From contig NC_086097.1 in assembly GCF_963921235.1 (NCBI RefSeq), positions 87,546,001-87,610,000 on the forward strand: a DNA stretch of 64,000 bases. Reading direction: 5' to 3'. Position 1 is the stretch's first letter; each line of letters opens with the position of its first letter. Position numbers and translations under genes: made by a program. The DNA is from Mobula hypostoma (Eukaryota). This document shows, in pieces, positions 12,466 to 24,700 of this stretch. A model generated the notes under the pieces. The model made no database searches and was not told the DNA's origin. It saw only the letters and a list, made by a program, of their open reading frames with translations.

Positions 12466-12829
12466 TTCAGGAATTTCTGTTCTAAATACTTCTAGATTAT
12501 TTAGATTTTATAACTGTACTGGTCCTATTGCATTTGCCTCAGAGAGCAGGATCATTTGAAATTACAGATGGAAGATGCTAAGGATACTCAGTAGGTCATG
12601 GAAAGCATTCATAGAAAGAGAAGCTTAATTAATGTTTCATGTTGATGAGCTTCTATTAGAACCATTTTGGTGAGATGAGGTGACATGATACATTAACTCT
12701 CCTTCTCCTCTTTTCTGATATTTTTCAGCATTTTGTGTTTGCTTTAGATTTCCATCATCTGATTTTTGCTCTTTGATTGATTTTATGTATGTATTCATCT
12801 GTCTATCTACTCAGCTATTGTCTTTCATC

Positions 12830-13095
12830 CCTTTGTGCCTTCCGGCCCTTTGAGCTACACAGCCTAGTAGTCCCCCAATTTAACCCTAGCCTAATCACGG
12901 GGCAAATTACAAGGACCAATTAACTACCCACCGATGCATCTTTGGACTTATGGGAGGAAACCGGAGCCCCCGGAGGACATCCACACAGTCACAGGGAGAA
13001 CGCACAAACTCCTTACAGACAGCATTGGGAATTGATCGCGGGTCACTGATACTGTGAAGTGTTGTGCTAATCACTAGATTACCAGGCCTGCCTGT
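12830..13095 (-). mobile_element. V-SINE
   Basis: gggaggaaaccggagcccccggagg...ggagaacgcacaaactccttacagacagc is the reverse complement of the V-domain at 10515-10600. Confidence 0.7.
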
Positions 13096-13664
13096 GTGTC
13101 TGCGATCCCATAATGGAATAAGAATTGGCTTTTTAAAAAAAAAGTGATCCCTGCCGTCAGAATAACGTGTAAATGTTAACAACCATATAGCTACACGTGT
13201 GCCACAGGAATGCCATTCAAGTGAACCCTTGTCTCGTCACTGCAGTTATCAATCTATATTGGTCATAATAAAAACAGACTTGGAGGTACACAACAAGTCA
13301 AGTTGCATCTTTGGAGAGTAATCAAAATTAACATTTCAGGTCAATGACCTTTCAAAAGAAAGGAATCAAGTTTTAGGGAGAGCAAAGTGAATGTCCATGG
13401 TCATGTGGAGTAGCTTCCTGTTTATTTTAATGTCAGCTGACTTTAACTTAAAACAAGAATAGTCAACTGTCTTTGTCATCTTGCCATCAATATATTGTTC
13501 TGCTACTGGACATCCATAACAAGATGATAAGACAGTTGAACCTGTTTCAGTGATACAGAGAGGAGCGTCACAACTGCACAAAATTAGATGTTTAATCCTG
13601 ATGCTCATTAGAGAAACTGTGACTTCTATGTCCATCTGGCTGAAATCTGCCAAACACGGTATCA

Positions 13665-14329
13665 AGCTTCAAATTCCTTGGTGTCCACATTTCTGAGGAT
13701 CTCACCTGGTCCCTGAACTCCTCCATCCTGATCAAAAAGGCGCAACAGTGCCTTTATTTCCTGCGGAGCATCAAGAAAGCTCACCCCTGTCCCAGGATAC
13801 TAACGGACTTTTACCACTGTACCATTGAGAGCATACTCACCAACTGCATCTCAGTGTGGTATGGCAATTGTCCCGTATCGGACCGCAAAGCACTCCAGCG
13901 TGTGGCGAAAACTGCCCAGCGGATTATTGGCACCCAATTACCCACCATTGAGAACATCTACCATAAACGCTGCCTGGGCAGGGCAAAAAGCATTATCAAG
14001 GATTCATCTCACCCTAACCATGGACTTTTTATTCTCCTCCCATCCAGTAGGCGCTACAGGAGCCTCCACTCCCGCACCAGCAGGCACAGGAAGAGCTTCT
14101 TCCCTGAGGCTGTGACCCTGCTGAACCTCACATCACAGCGTTAAGCAGTATTGCACTCATATTTTACTGTCTCAGTACTTCATATTTGTGTGCTGTAGCA
14201 CTTACTTTTTATTCACAGTTATTTTGTAAATAACACTATTCTTTGCATTTCTGGTTAGATGCTAACTGCATTTCATTGGCCTTGTATCTGTACTCAGCAT
14301 AATGACAATAAAGTTGAATCTAATCTAAT
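13665..14329 (+). mobile_element. Rex1/Babar LINE 3' end
   Basis: FKFLGVHISEDLTW motif and ORF 13854 WYGNCPVSDRKALQRV...LLPSSRRYRS...SFFPEAV. Tail aataaagttgaatctaatctaat. Confidence 0.85.
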
Positions 14330-15124
14330 GGCGAATGGACAGTTCATTGGGTCTAATTAGATAGCCTCTTAACAGTTGCCTATGCGATGGAGCAAAAAAG
14401 CATTAAATCATTTTATAAAAGAATTTGGATGTTTTTTCTCTGATCCAGATGGAGAGAGGGAATGGGAAGAAGGATCAGTAGAGTTAACATGCTTCAATTC
14501 CTCTAGATATTCTGCTCCTACAGTGCTGGTGGGTGGTGATATATGTACTGCAATCCTCTTACTCCAAGAGTAGGCATAGATGATGCGTATCTCCTTTCCA
14601 CTATTAGTGGTAAAGTGTAAGGTGTGGAGTTTAAGCTTTTCCCTCACAGCTTTGCTTTAATTTGTAGAAATTGGTCTGCTCCCAGCAGAATTGAGAATTC
14701 AGGTGAGGTTAATTAACAATTAGTGATAAGGGTGCTACACAAGTAATAAGACATATTTATAAGGTTAGGGCTTATGCTGAAACCATATGTTTTTTAAAAA
14801 TTTCCTCAGAGATCCTGGAAGTTACTGTTTCCAGAATAGATAACTCAATACTGTGAGAGAGCAGGGTTAATAGTCTGCATTTTACAATCTTACTAGTTAC
14901 TAGTCAATAAAAATGTAATCAGAAAGGTATCAACATAATTTTAGTTTAGATTTCTCTTTTTAATTCCATATGGATATGAAGTATATGATTAAAGACTTTC
15001 ATGAATAGCTGAGACTGAGACTAGCTTTTCAGATAGAGTGTGCATATGGGTAGTAGAGCTGTCTGCCTTCAGGCTCCATCAATGCATTATAGTTATTTTT
15101 GCAGTCATTGCTGTAGTGTAAGTT

Positions 15125-15430
15125 TGTGAACATTGAATGTAGAACAGTGTAGTACAGGAACAGATCTGTGCTGACAGTGATGCCCATTTAAGCTACACAT
15201 TTACTGGCATGTAGTCTGTATCCGCCCATTCCTTATCTGTTCGTGTGCCTGTCTAAATGCCTCTTGCACGTTGCTATCATTATTCGCTTCTACCACTTCC
15301 CAGGCAGTGTGTTCCTGGCACCTACCACTCAATACCTGCCTCGCACATCTCCTTTAAACACTTCTCCCATTCACCCTAAAGCTATGCATTCTGTATTTGA
15401 CATTCCCACCCTGGGGAAAATGACTATCTA
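15125..15430 (-). mobile_element. CR1-type LINE 3' end
   Basis: gaacattgaatgtagaacag...ctaccacttcccaggcagtgtgttcc...ccctggggaaaa, similar to 5590-5740. Confidence 0.55.
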
Positions 15431-15809
15431 GTGCTTTATTTTATGAGCATGTATATTGTATGCACACTTTCAATTCACTGAAATGTATATAATATAAATA
15501 TGAAAATTTGATTTTTATTCCTAGAACATGGGTGTTGCTGTGATGGGGAGTATTTGACCCACATTTCTAATCACTCTAGAAGGTTGTGCTGCCTAGATGT
15601 GTAATTTGGGGAAAATGGTGATGTTTCTATGCATCTACTTACAGCAGTTCCCTTGGTCTAAATGTTGGTGAAGGCTCTCAGCCTGAAACATCGACTGTTT
15701 ATTCCCATCCATAAATGAGCACCTCCAGCACATTATGTGTATTGCTTGTTTGAAAGGTGTTATTAAGAACCCTTGCTAACTTGATTTGCAGCATCATGTA
15801 AATGCTACA

Positions 15810-16503
15810 GAGTAGACGTCATGATATTTTTTAACGTGGTCGATGCAGTTGCTTCAATACTCTGCAATTCGAAGTCGCTGCCCGTGGAGGGGCCACTGGG
15901 TCCCAATACTCTCAGAGATGTTATCGAAATGTGTAATTTATGGATTGGACTGTAGTTCATATCAGCCTCTTTCAGTTCTATTGTGTTCTTGTCCATTTAT
16001 TCTTGCTACTGATTGGTGGGCTGGGGTTTTGGGGTCTGATGTTGTTTCTCCATGTGGGTGATCTGTTAGTCTATGCGAAGGAGCGGTTGTGGGGGGGGGG
16101 GGAGGATTTTGCAGTTAGCAAGTTTTTGTTTCTTTTTCTTTTAGTGTGGGGAGGGGATTGATGTCTGTCTTTTAACTACTTCAGTCATTTTCTATATTTT
16201 CTGGCTAGCTGGAGAAGACGAATCAAAGTTGCTGGTGAACGCAGCAGGCCAGGCAGCATCTATAGGAAGAAGTACAGTCGGTGTTTCAGGCCGAAACCCT
16301 TCCTCAGGATGAAGGATCTCGGCCTGAAATGTCGACTGTACCTCTTCCTAGAGATGCTGCCTGGCCTGCTGCGTTCACCAGCAACTTTGATGTGTGTTGC
16401 TTGAAATTCCAGCATCTGCAGAATTCCTGTTGTTGGAGAAGACAAATCTTAGTTGTGTTCTGCATACATATATTGATAACAAAAATGGACCTTTTGAACC
16501 TTT
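15810..16503 (+). mobile_element. Non-coding element with Rex1-like 3' tail, interrupted by a Penelope-like hairpin
   Basis: After removing 16225-16434 the 3' end reads gaagacaaatcttagttgtgttctgcatac...gataacaaaaatggaccttttgaacc, like the Rex-type tail at 52600-52670. Confidence 0.45.
16225..16434. mobile_element. Penelope-like fold-back insertion (subfamily A), 210 bp
   Basis: TSD ggagaagacgaatc (16211-16224) vs ggagaagacaaatc (16435-16448). The inverted arms join inside the hammerhead (…cctcag|gatgaagg…). Only the plus arm has the terminal tail. Confidence 0.88.
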
Positions 16504-17000
16504 TCCTGGGTGATGTTGAGTTCAATTTTTTTTTTGGTTGCAGCATAAGTGGAGCCTTCTTTCATACAGTTGACTTACTCCTTATAGAAGATATCAAGCC
16601 TTTAGCAAATTAGCAGTAGAGTAGCTGGCCAGAGAATTCCTACTGTATGACCTGCTCTTGTAATTTATGATAATTGTGGGTGGTCAATTACCTTTGTGGT
16701 CAGTGGTGACCCTCTAGATGATTTGTAGTTAGTTCCATTGAATAGTAAATTGCAGTGGTTTACTGAGGTTTTGTTGGAAAGTTCACTTCCCATCTAAAAC
16801 GTTACTCGCTTCAGAATAGTCAACACCTGGCTGTCGTCCATGTTTCACTGCAGGAAACATGAACTGTTTTATTTCTGGGCCAAATCTCCCTTTGTTTTAA
16901 ATTGCATCTCTTGGTAAGAGCACAGCTGCACAGCAATCTGTTCAGCTGAAACCCTACTATATGACATAGTTTTAATATTTCATGTATTTCAGGGACTTTA

Positions 17001-17843
17001 CAGCTCTTCTACAGACAAACTGCCTCCTGTTTGAGCCAAAAATTTCAAATTTTGACTCATCAGTCCAGAGCATTTGCTGCCAAAGAGCCATTCCTTCTAA
17101 GTGGAACTGAAGCAGAAGGGCTGAGGTGCTGAACAATGGCAACAAGTTCTGTGGACTGATGAGTCAAAATTTGAAATTTTTGGCTCATACAGGAGGCAGT
17201 TTGTCTGTAGAAGAGCTGCAGAACGCTACTTGGATGAGTGTCTGCCACCAGTAGGGAAACACAATGGAGTTCCCTACAGGTTTGGAGCCACATTTCTGCA
17301 AACGCGATCAGGTCAGAATTAATGGAATCCTTAGTGCTGGGAACTACACACAGACTTTCATGCATCATGCAATACTAACAAGAAGGCACCTGATCAGTCC
17401 CAACTTCGATGTGCAGCAGGGCGATAACCCCATACATGCGACCAAGGCCATAAGTAACTATCTTCAGCAAAAAGAATGACAGGGAGCTCTGTACAGATGG
17501 TATAGCTTCCACAGAGCCCTGATCTTACATCACTGAGGCTGTCTGGGGTTACCTGGAGAGACAAGCAAGTGAGACGACCAAGGTCTGCAGAAGAACTGTG
17601 GCAAGTTCTCCAGGATGCTTGGAACAACCTCCCAGCCGATTTTCTTATAAAACCTCAAAACCGGGTATCCAAGAGAAATAATGCAGTTTTAAAGACAAAG
17701 GGTGATCACACAATTTTTTTTTACTGTTTACTGCTCTTTATAGTAAATTTTTTGATATTTAAAAACTTTTCATTTCATTACTTTTGAAAGCATTTTCGCT
17801 TTACAATTTTTTTTTACATTTGCTAGACTTCTGCACAATACTG
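17001..17843 (+). mobile_element. Decayed Tc1-like transposon 3' half (DD38E spacing), with an inverted duplication at its left end
   Basis: WQQVLWTDESKFEIFGS at 17137, then degenerate QQ(D)NDPKH, PQSPDL..IEAVW and RPRSAEELWQVLQDAW. Right TIR gacttctgcacaatactg followed by TA at 17844-17845. Confidence 0.8.
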
Positions 17844-17994
17844 TATATACTGTAAATCATATTCAATCCAATCCTTGTAAATGCTTCATATAACTGTTGA
17901 AAAAGACACCACTGCCTTTCCAAACTATTTCATGGTGAGTGGGAAAAGCAATCTGATCATAGATTTATTTCTAGTAATTAGAATCCTTAAACCA

Positions 17995-18200
17995 CAGTAG
18001 CCCGTTTTGCCTAATTACACCCATGTGACTAACTTGCCTATTAACCTGTATACCTATGGAATGTGGGAGAAAGCCAGAGAACCCAGAGAAAACTTGTGCT
18101 GTCACGGTGAGAAATTACATACTCCTCAGGAGCAAGAGTTGAATGAAAGTCACTGGTGCTATAATAGCTCAGCACTAATCGCTACACCACCGTGTTGCCT
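17995..18200 (-). mobile_element. V-SINE, decayed
   Basis: ggaatgtgggagaaagccagagaacccagagaaaac...cacggtgagaaattacatactcc...gctacaccaccgtgttgcc. Confidence 0.55.
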
Positions 18201-18809
18201 CACCATGTTTTTTCAGCCTTTATTCTGCTTTCAACATTCATGGAACTAGTTCCTGTATTTTTAACTGGTTATTTTAAAATGACTGTTATTTTCTCATGTG
18301 ATCTTCATTGATGCATACTTAGTTGCAGCAGCTAAGAATTCAAGGTCCAGTATTTGCATTAACAGCAGGAGACTGCAAATCAATTTTTTCCCCTAATGTG
18401 TTCAGTTTGGTCAAAATTTAGTATATTATTCCTGCTTACTCGTATCTAATTATTCAGTACATTCAAAATAAATCTCTGCAGGAGATAGAGGTAAAGTGGT
18501 TTACAACCACAGAATGCAGAGATTTTTTGTAAGTGTTGTGAACAGTTCGATTGCGCTAAAGGCAAATGACCAAGCCAGCTGGAGATCAATTTAGTGTTAA
18601 TGATGCTTTCTGGAAGAAAATCTCTCTTACTGTCTGCCTTGCCCTAGTGGGGATATTAAAGGAGAAAGGTGAGGTGATTTCAATTTACTGTCATCACTTT
18701 CTGGGGATCTTTGTTTTCTTATTGTTGTGAAAGTAAGGCAGCTCTGGAGGTTCTTGGGTGTTAAAAGAGGTTTACAACTGGTGCTGCAGATGGACATGTT
18801 GTACTTGAT

Positions 18810-19150
18810 TAGTGGTGAACCAAATGCATTTCTGTGTACTTTACATCTATTGTTTGTGTTTGGTCTTCATGTGCTTTGAATGGATAAACTTGTGCACAGT
18901 ACTTCCCGGTATGCTTCTCTGCTGGTTTCAACTCTTTATTTCCATAAGTAGTGAGACTGTCATGGAGGCTTTGAGGACGTGTGTTTTTTTTCCCACCCTC
19001 GCAGAAGTTGCTTACCATGATGAGCTCAGAGTAATGTGTTTGTTTTGGACGTCTGACATTGATGTGACCCATCCATTCAAGCTGATAGAATGTGATATAT
19101 CCCCAGTGCTTTGAGGAGCTCACTGTAAATTGTCTATGAATCTGCATACT
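18810..19150 (-). mobile_element. RTE LINE C-terminal fragment, heavily decayed
   Basis: QLEWMGHINVRRPKQTHYSEL resembles RTE QLRWAGHV..R.PKQLLYGEL. Confidence 0.45.
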
Positions 19151-19702
19151 GAATAGTGTGAATCACTGTTGTTCATTTGATCATGATGTTGGTGATAAGT
19201 TTACTGAGATTTATAAAATTACGAGATGGGATAGTCATCGTCTTTTTTTTTTATCCCCAAGATTGAAATGTCTCATACTAGAGAACATAACTTTTAAGGT
19301 GAGAGGGGAAAAGTTTAGAGAAGGTGCCTGTACTATCCTGCCAGGGGTGGAATGGAAGCAGAATTTATGGTGACACTTAAGAGGGATCTTTTATACCGTC
19401 CAGGTTTCACATCCATACAGGAGATTGCTGAGGATAACGGCTTTGTACATCTTCAGTTTTGTGGGCAGGCGAATGTTGTGCTGGTTCAGCATACTTGATT
19501 ACAGTCAACCAGTGTTCTGGCTGGTTTTGCAAATCCTGGTGCTGAAGTTTAGTGAGCCATCACTACAAATGACACTGCTGGGATACTTGAATTCTTCCAC
19601 TGTAGCAGCTGATCCAGGAGCAGGAAGAAATGGTGCTTCTATCTTGCTTAGGCTGACAGTAAGAACAAAGACGTGAGGCTTCTGCAAACTTGTTGACAAT
19701 TA

Positions 19703-21027
19703 CAGACATCCCACCCTGCAAAAACTCATTTCAGGGAGGTAGCACTACCAGTTCAGGGAGGGTAACACCCCTGCCCCCTGCAACCCCATATTCCCCCCGC
19801 CCCCCACGTTCGACCTCCAAGGGTGTATGTAATACTTTGTTTAGTCATTTTGTCTAATCTGTAAACCGAGTTGGGTATATGCAGATAATGTGACATTAAA
19901 ATATATACTTATGTTATATTATCATGTTTATTCTATTACAGCTTTAAGCAAGTCTACAGGGAGTTTGGCCTCATCACGTAGGACGTCAATAGCGCAGCTC
20001 CTTAGCAGCCAGCCAGCTAGTTTAAATAACGTTAGCTATGCTAATGAATGAATGACATCTGTTAAACTCACTTCAACATGTCTTTTACATTTTAACCCAC
20101 CATGGACAATAGAAAATTCACTATTGCAAACGTGCAGCGAGCAACACTGTCATTATTTTTGAGGTCGACTGTAAAGCCCGCCCAAAGAGAAAACTGATAG
20201 GTCTACTTAGCAGGGGTCCGCAATCATTTTTGGACTGCAGACCAGTTTAATATTGACAATATTCTTGCGGACCGGCCGACCGTGGGCGGGGGTGTTAATC
20301 ACAACCGGAATATAGGTGATAAGTCAATCGCATCATAACATTTTAAGTAACGTTTGGATATTAAACACACAACGCATATTTTCCCCGTATGAACATATAA
20401 AATCATTGCAACACACCAATATCGATGAATCAGTGGGAGCCCTGGGCTTGTTTCTCTGCAACAAATCTATTCCGCAAGTTAGTTTTCGTTGCATTCATTG
20501 CAGAAAACTCCGCTTCACCGAGATATGTTGGACATGGAAGTAACATTTTCGGTGCTTTCATGGCTATATCAGGATATTCAGCCTCGACTTTGATCCAGAA
20601 TGCCAGCAAAGATGTTATGTCAAACATACTTTTCAGCCTGTCGTCATTTGCAAACTCGAGGAGTTGATCTTTCTCCCGCGCTGATGTGGATGATTCACCG
20701 GAAACATTCACAAATGGGTCACGGATCCATTCCTTTGCATGTCTCGGGTCACTGATGACCTCCCGTGTGTTCAAGTTCAGCAGTGCATGACAGGGAATGA
20801 GGAAAGGTGCAGCTGACTCATATAATTTCATATCGCCAAATCATATTGTTTCCTCGTGGCCTGGTGGCTGGGGACCACTCTTAGCACGAAGAGAGACCAA
20901 TCAGGATGCTCACTCTTCCTCTCAAAAAAATCTATTTCCGGGATATTGTATATAATTTCCGGGCGTCAGGGAGCCACTATCGATATGCGGGAGACTCCCA
21001 GAACTTCCGGGAGAGGTGGGATGTCTG
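19703..21027. mobile_element. Non-autonomous DNA transposon (hAT-like) with 13-bp TIRs, host of the Charlie insertion
   Basis: TIRs cagacatcccacc (19703) and ggtgggatgtctg (ends 21027). Flanks caatta and cagtta. Repeated subterminal gggag motifs. Confidence 0.65.
20211..20879 (-). mobile_element. Charlie/Buster-group hAT internal-deletion derivative retaining the transposase C-terminus
   Basis: Termini caggggtccgcaa and ggctggggaccact. ORF 20430-20831 EWIRDPF...FWIKVEAEYPDIA...PTYLGEAEFSAM..KTNLRNR is a hAT dimerisation domain. Left TSD ctacttag; the right side keeps cttag. Confidence 0.85.
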
Positions 21028-21224
21028 CAGTTAGTTGAAGGTCTGATTCACTAAGCTATCAGGGCACATTCGTCAGTGTAGAGTGTTCAAGGATGAGTTT
21101 TTTTGACTGTCTTTGTTCTGGTATTGAGTCCATGCAGGTCAGCGAGTGATCCATCAAGTCTGTAGTTCAGACAGACACCACATTCAGGGTCTTTGATTGC
21201 ATGGTGTAACACGTGAATGAATCG

Positions 21225-21785
21225 CTCAAAATTCTAGAGGGATTTTATATGTGTAGTCTGAGTTCAATCCTTGGCATCTGTTGGCAGGACCGAGTCACAA
21301 ACCTAGAGGTCCTCGACAGGGCAGGAACCATGAGTGTTGGGGTCATGTTTGTAAATGCACAGCTTCAGTGGACAGGGCACGTCATATGCATGAAAGATTC
21401 CTGAATCCTCAAGCAACTACTATATGGTGAGTTTTCGCTGGGCAGGAGGAATCAAGGCAAGCCCTGTAAGAGGTTCAAAGAACATGTGAAAGGTAACACC
21501 GCACACGCTGGGCTAAAAACAGCAGACAGAGTGTGAAGACCTGGAGTGACTGGTAAGCCTTAGACAGAACCACTCACGACAACCTGGAGGAGAGACACCA
21601 GGTAGTACTAATTGCTAGCTGATAAGGAAAGCAATAGCAGCGGCTCTACTTCCAGATCCAGCATGGGTTTCGTGTCCTTATTGTGGACGTCTGTGTCACT
21701 CACAATTTGGACTCAGGAGCCACCTACAAACACACAACAGAACTGTACAAATGTAGCTGTCATTGTTGGATACGTGGAATGCAGT
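21225..21785 (+). mobile_element. RTE-clade LINE 3' end
   Basis: ILGICWQDRVTNLEVLDRAG...QLQWTGHVICM..KQLLYGE...GKPCKRFKEHVK, then a terminal C2H2-like CPYCGRLCHSQFGLRSHLQTH. Confidence 0.8.
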
Positions 21786-24700
21786 GGAGAGCTATGGATC
21801 ATATGGAGGCAGACAGGTTTAGTTTATTTTGATATCTGGTCTGTGCTATATTGTATTATCTCACTTCTAGCTCAACCTTGTCATAAGAGGTGTAAGTACT
21901 CCATTGTTAGCAGTCAAGACTACTATTCTTGGCTTGTATAGTGACCTCCAAGTGATTATCTTATCAAATTGCAATACCAAGCATTCAAGGAAGGGGATAA
22001 TTAGTAAACCTTAAGTAAATTCAGGATTTTCCCACTGTTCCGATTTCACTCTTTGACACAGACTGGTGGAGATAAACTTTTGTCTTGAATGTATGCACAT
22101 CTCAGACAGTATAGATAATCTGATGTGTACTAACTAGATTGTCTAACAAATCTTCTGTAGTTTGAAAAGGCTCTAAGAGGTGCCTCCTGGGGTAGGTGGA
22201 TAGGTAGCAACTGAAGAGACACAGATCACCATCCTTAATGCACTTCTCCAATGCTGAGCTTTGAGGTTCTGAACACTCCTGGATACTCCTTCTCCACCTT
22301 GGGCAGATGTGGATTGGGAAACCGAGGAATCGATGGGCATGTTGTGTTTTCTCAGAGGATTTGAGCAAGTACTTGATAAATCTTTTCCTGTCACCTGGTA
22401 AATTTATTCAAAGCAGACAGAGAAAAGACTGCTTTTGGAATTTTGTATTTGGGATTTGCATAATGGAGCTGATGTTAATGAGAGTCTTAATGATGGAGAT
22501 CAGTGAGGACATTGATACTGGTTTGCTTATCCTTCTGTGGATTTTGCTGTGCCTGGTGTAGGTGATCCATGTCTAAAAGTAAATGGGAGGTTAAGGATGC
22601 CACAAAGATCTGTTGCCAGGTAGAACATGGGTTTTGTGTCAGGTCTAAGGTCTTAATCTTCAAACACACTTTCCTTCATCAGCTGAAGACTGCTGGTGTA
22701 TTGAATGTACAAAGAACAGCAGTCTGGACATGAGATACTGTGGCTGCAGCCTCTGTTAATGGGATGGGGGTGGAGTGGTGTTGAGGTGGAAGGCGTTTTC
22801 AGTGAACTGTCTGTAAATTACAGAGCATAGTTCTCTTTGGCTTATGCACTGCATTTTTATAATTAAAATATTTTGACCACAGAGCTATCAGCTTGCTACT
22901 TTGATTTAAGCATGAGCATTGGTATAGATGTTGTCATATAATATTTGTTCAAATACATCTATGATTCAGCCAAGTAGCAAGTTTTTGCTCTTATAATATC
23001 AGAATATTTTCAATTTCATTAGGAAAATTTTGTTTGCTATTGCATATTCTGCAGTGTTTATAAATAGAATTATAGAATTTTGATATTAAAATGTCATTTA
23101 TAGACTTTAAGTACTGATTAAGTCCTCCTAAATTACCCCAGGTAATTGAAGTTTATTTCAAAGTGTATGGAATACCATGTAGCACCGCTGATGGGGAAAT
23201 GTATGCCCATTACAGCTTCCTTATGTGTAATATCATTACCACTGTGATGGATCCAAATAATGATTCTGTCCCACATATAACCAACTTATAACAGTCCTCA
23301 TGAAAGGTAGGTATTTATGGTCTTTGTAGGTAAACTTGCCCTTTTCATACTTTATCCTTAACTGGCTTGCATATATAATAATGAAAGAACTGCATCGGAT
23401 GCTGTAACTTGAGTTTCTGGTTGCTGAACCTCTGAACTGGACTTGATTCTGTGATGTGCTGGCAAATAATTACCATTTCAGATGTTTAACTTTTAACTCC
23501 CAGCTTGCATTATATGTATGTGTCTCAAATTTACATTAAAGCCTTTAGTACTACTGATGAAATGGTGAAAGCTGGTGTAATGCAAGATGAAATTTCAAAC
23601 AGAGCAATTGGTGCACATTAAAACTATCAGCATGATGATGACTAAATGGTATGTTCCCTTGAGGTTGACTTATGGGATCAAAATTGGCTGGTGCACTGGT
23701 CACGTGTTAATTTCTTCAAGACTCTGTTAACCGAAGTTAAATTATATGTGTATATTTTGCATAGCTGGTTAGGCACTACCTGCTATGTGTATGTCTGCTG
23801 AGCTGAGATGGAGAAGTGTATAAGCCATGGTGTGAATGTGTCAATAGTGTCTTTTGATGGGGACAGATGTAAGCCATTATAACCTGGATCATATTTCTAT
23901 CGTCTTTATTCCTTCACCTAGAATATGTCTGCCTTTCATCTATTGATCTCTTCTTTGAAATATTGTGTGGACATAAGGTAACCCCAAAGTTTTTTTTGGG
24001 GAACAGTTCAGATTTATGCTGTCTTTTGTGTGAAGAAGTGTATTTTTGATGTTGAATTGACCTGACTCCAATTTGTTATACTTCCTTTATCCTGCAATCC
24101 ATCACCAGAGGAAACATTTACTCTGCACACTCTATTAAATCCATTAGTTGTCATATTAAACATTTCATTTAGAGCATCCGTCAAGTCAACTGTACTCAAT
24201 TAGATAGAAGTATACATAGTCTTGTTCTGATGATTTAACTCTTTGATTTCCAGTATCATCTTGGCTAAAACAATTTCTTCCAAAGTTTTTTATTTAGTGG
24301 TGTCCTGAATTGAATGCAGCCACCTGAATGCAGTCTAAACAGAGTTTTATGTAAGTTTCAAAAGCAATAGCTCTACTTGTATGAGTTACAATCTCGTTGT
24401 GGGAGAGACACCAAGATTTTATAAGCCTTCTAAGTTGCTTCTTGAAACTGACTGGTATATTTTTACTAATTTCTTACTACTCATTTTAGCAACAATTTAA
24501 TTGTTTTCGAATAGAATTTGACACTGATCATTTATAGTGTTAGTGGTGCAGATAATGAGCTGGTTGGGTTGAAAGGTTGAGAAAGGTCTTTAAAGGGGAA
24601 ACATGAGTTGATAGAAATGGAGAAGTTAAGGAAAGGAATTCTCAAGTTTTAGCTCTTAGGCAACAGAAGACATGGCTACCAGAAGTGGAGTGATTGAAAA

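Noticed and set aside
13854..14144. ALKBH8-like or other host protein fragment
   Set aside because: It is the common Rex1/Babar C-terminal region, followed by the LINE 3' tail.
14668..14702. 35-nt exon-like segment (tttgtag ... CAG|gtgagg)
   Set aside because: The acceptor is weak, it is not frame-preserving and has no other support. Such matches are expected by chance.
20430..20831. Domesticated ZBED5/SCAND3-like gene exon
   Set aside because: It lies between hAT TIRs, is truncated and has degenerate motifs, so it is a transposon relic.
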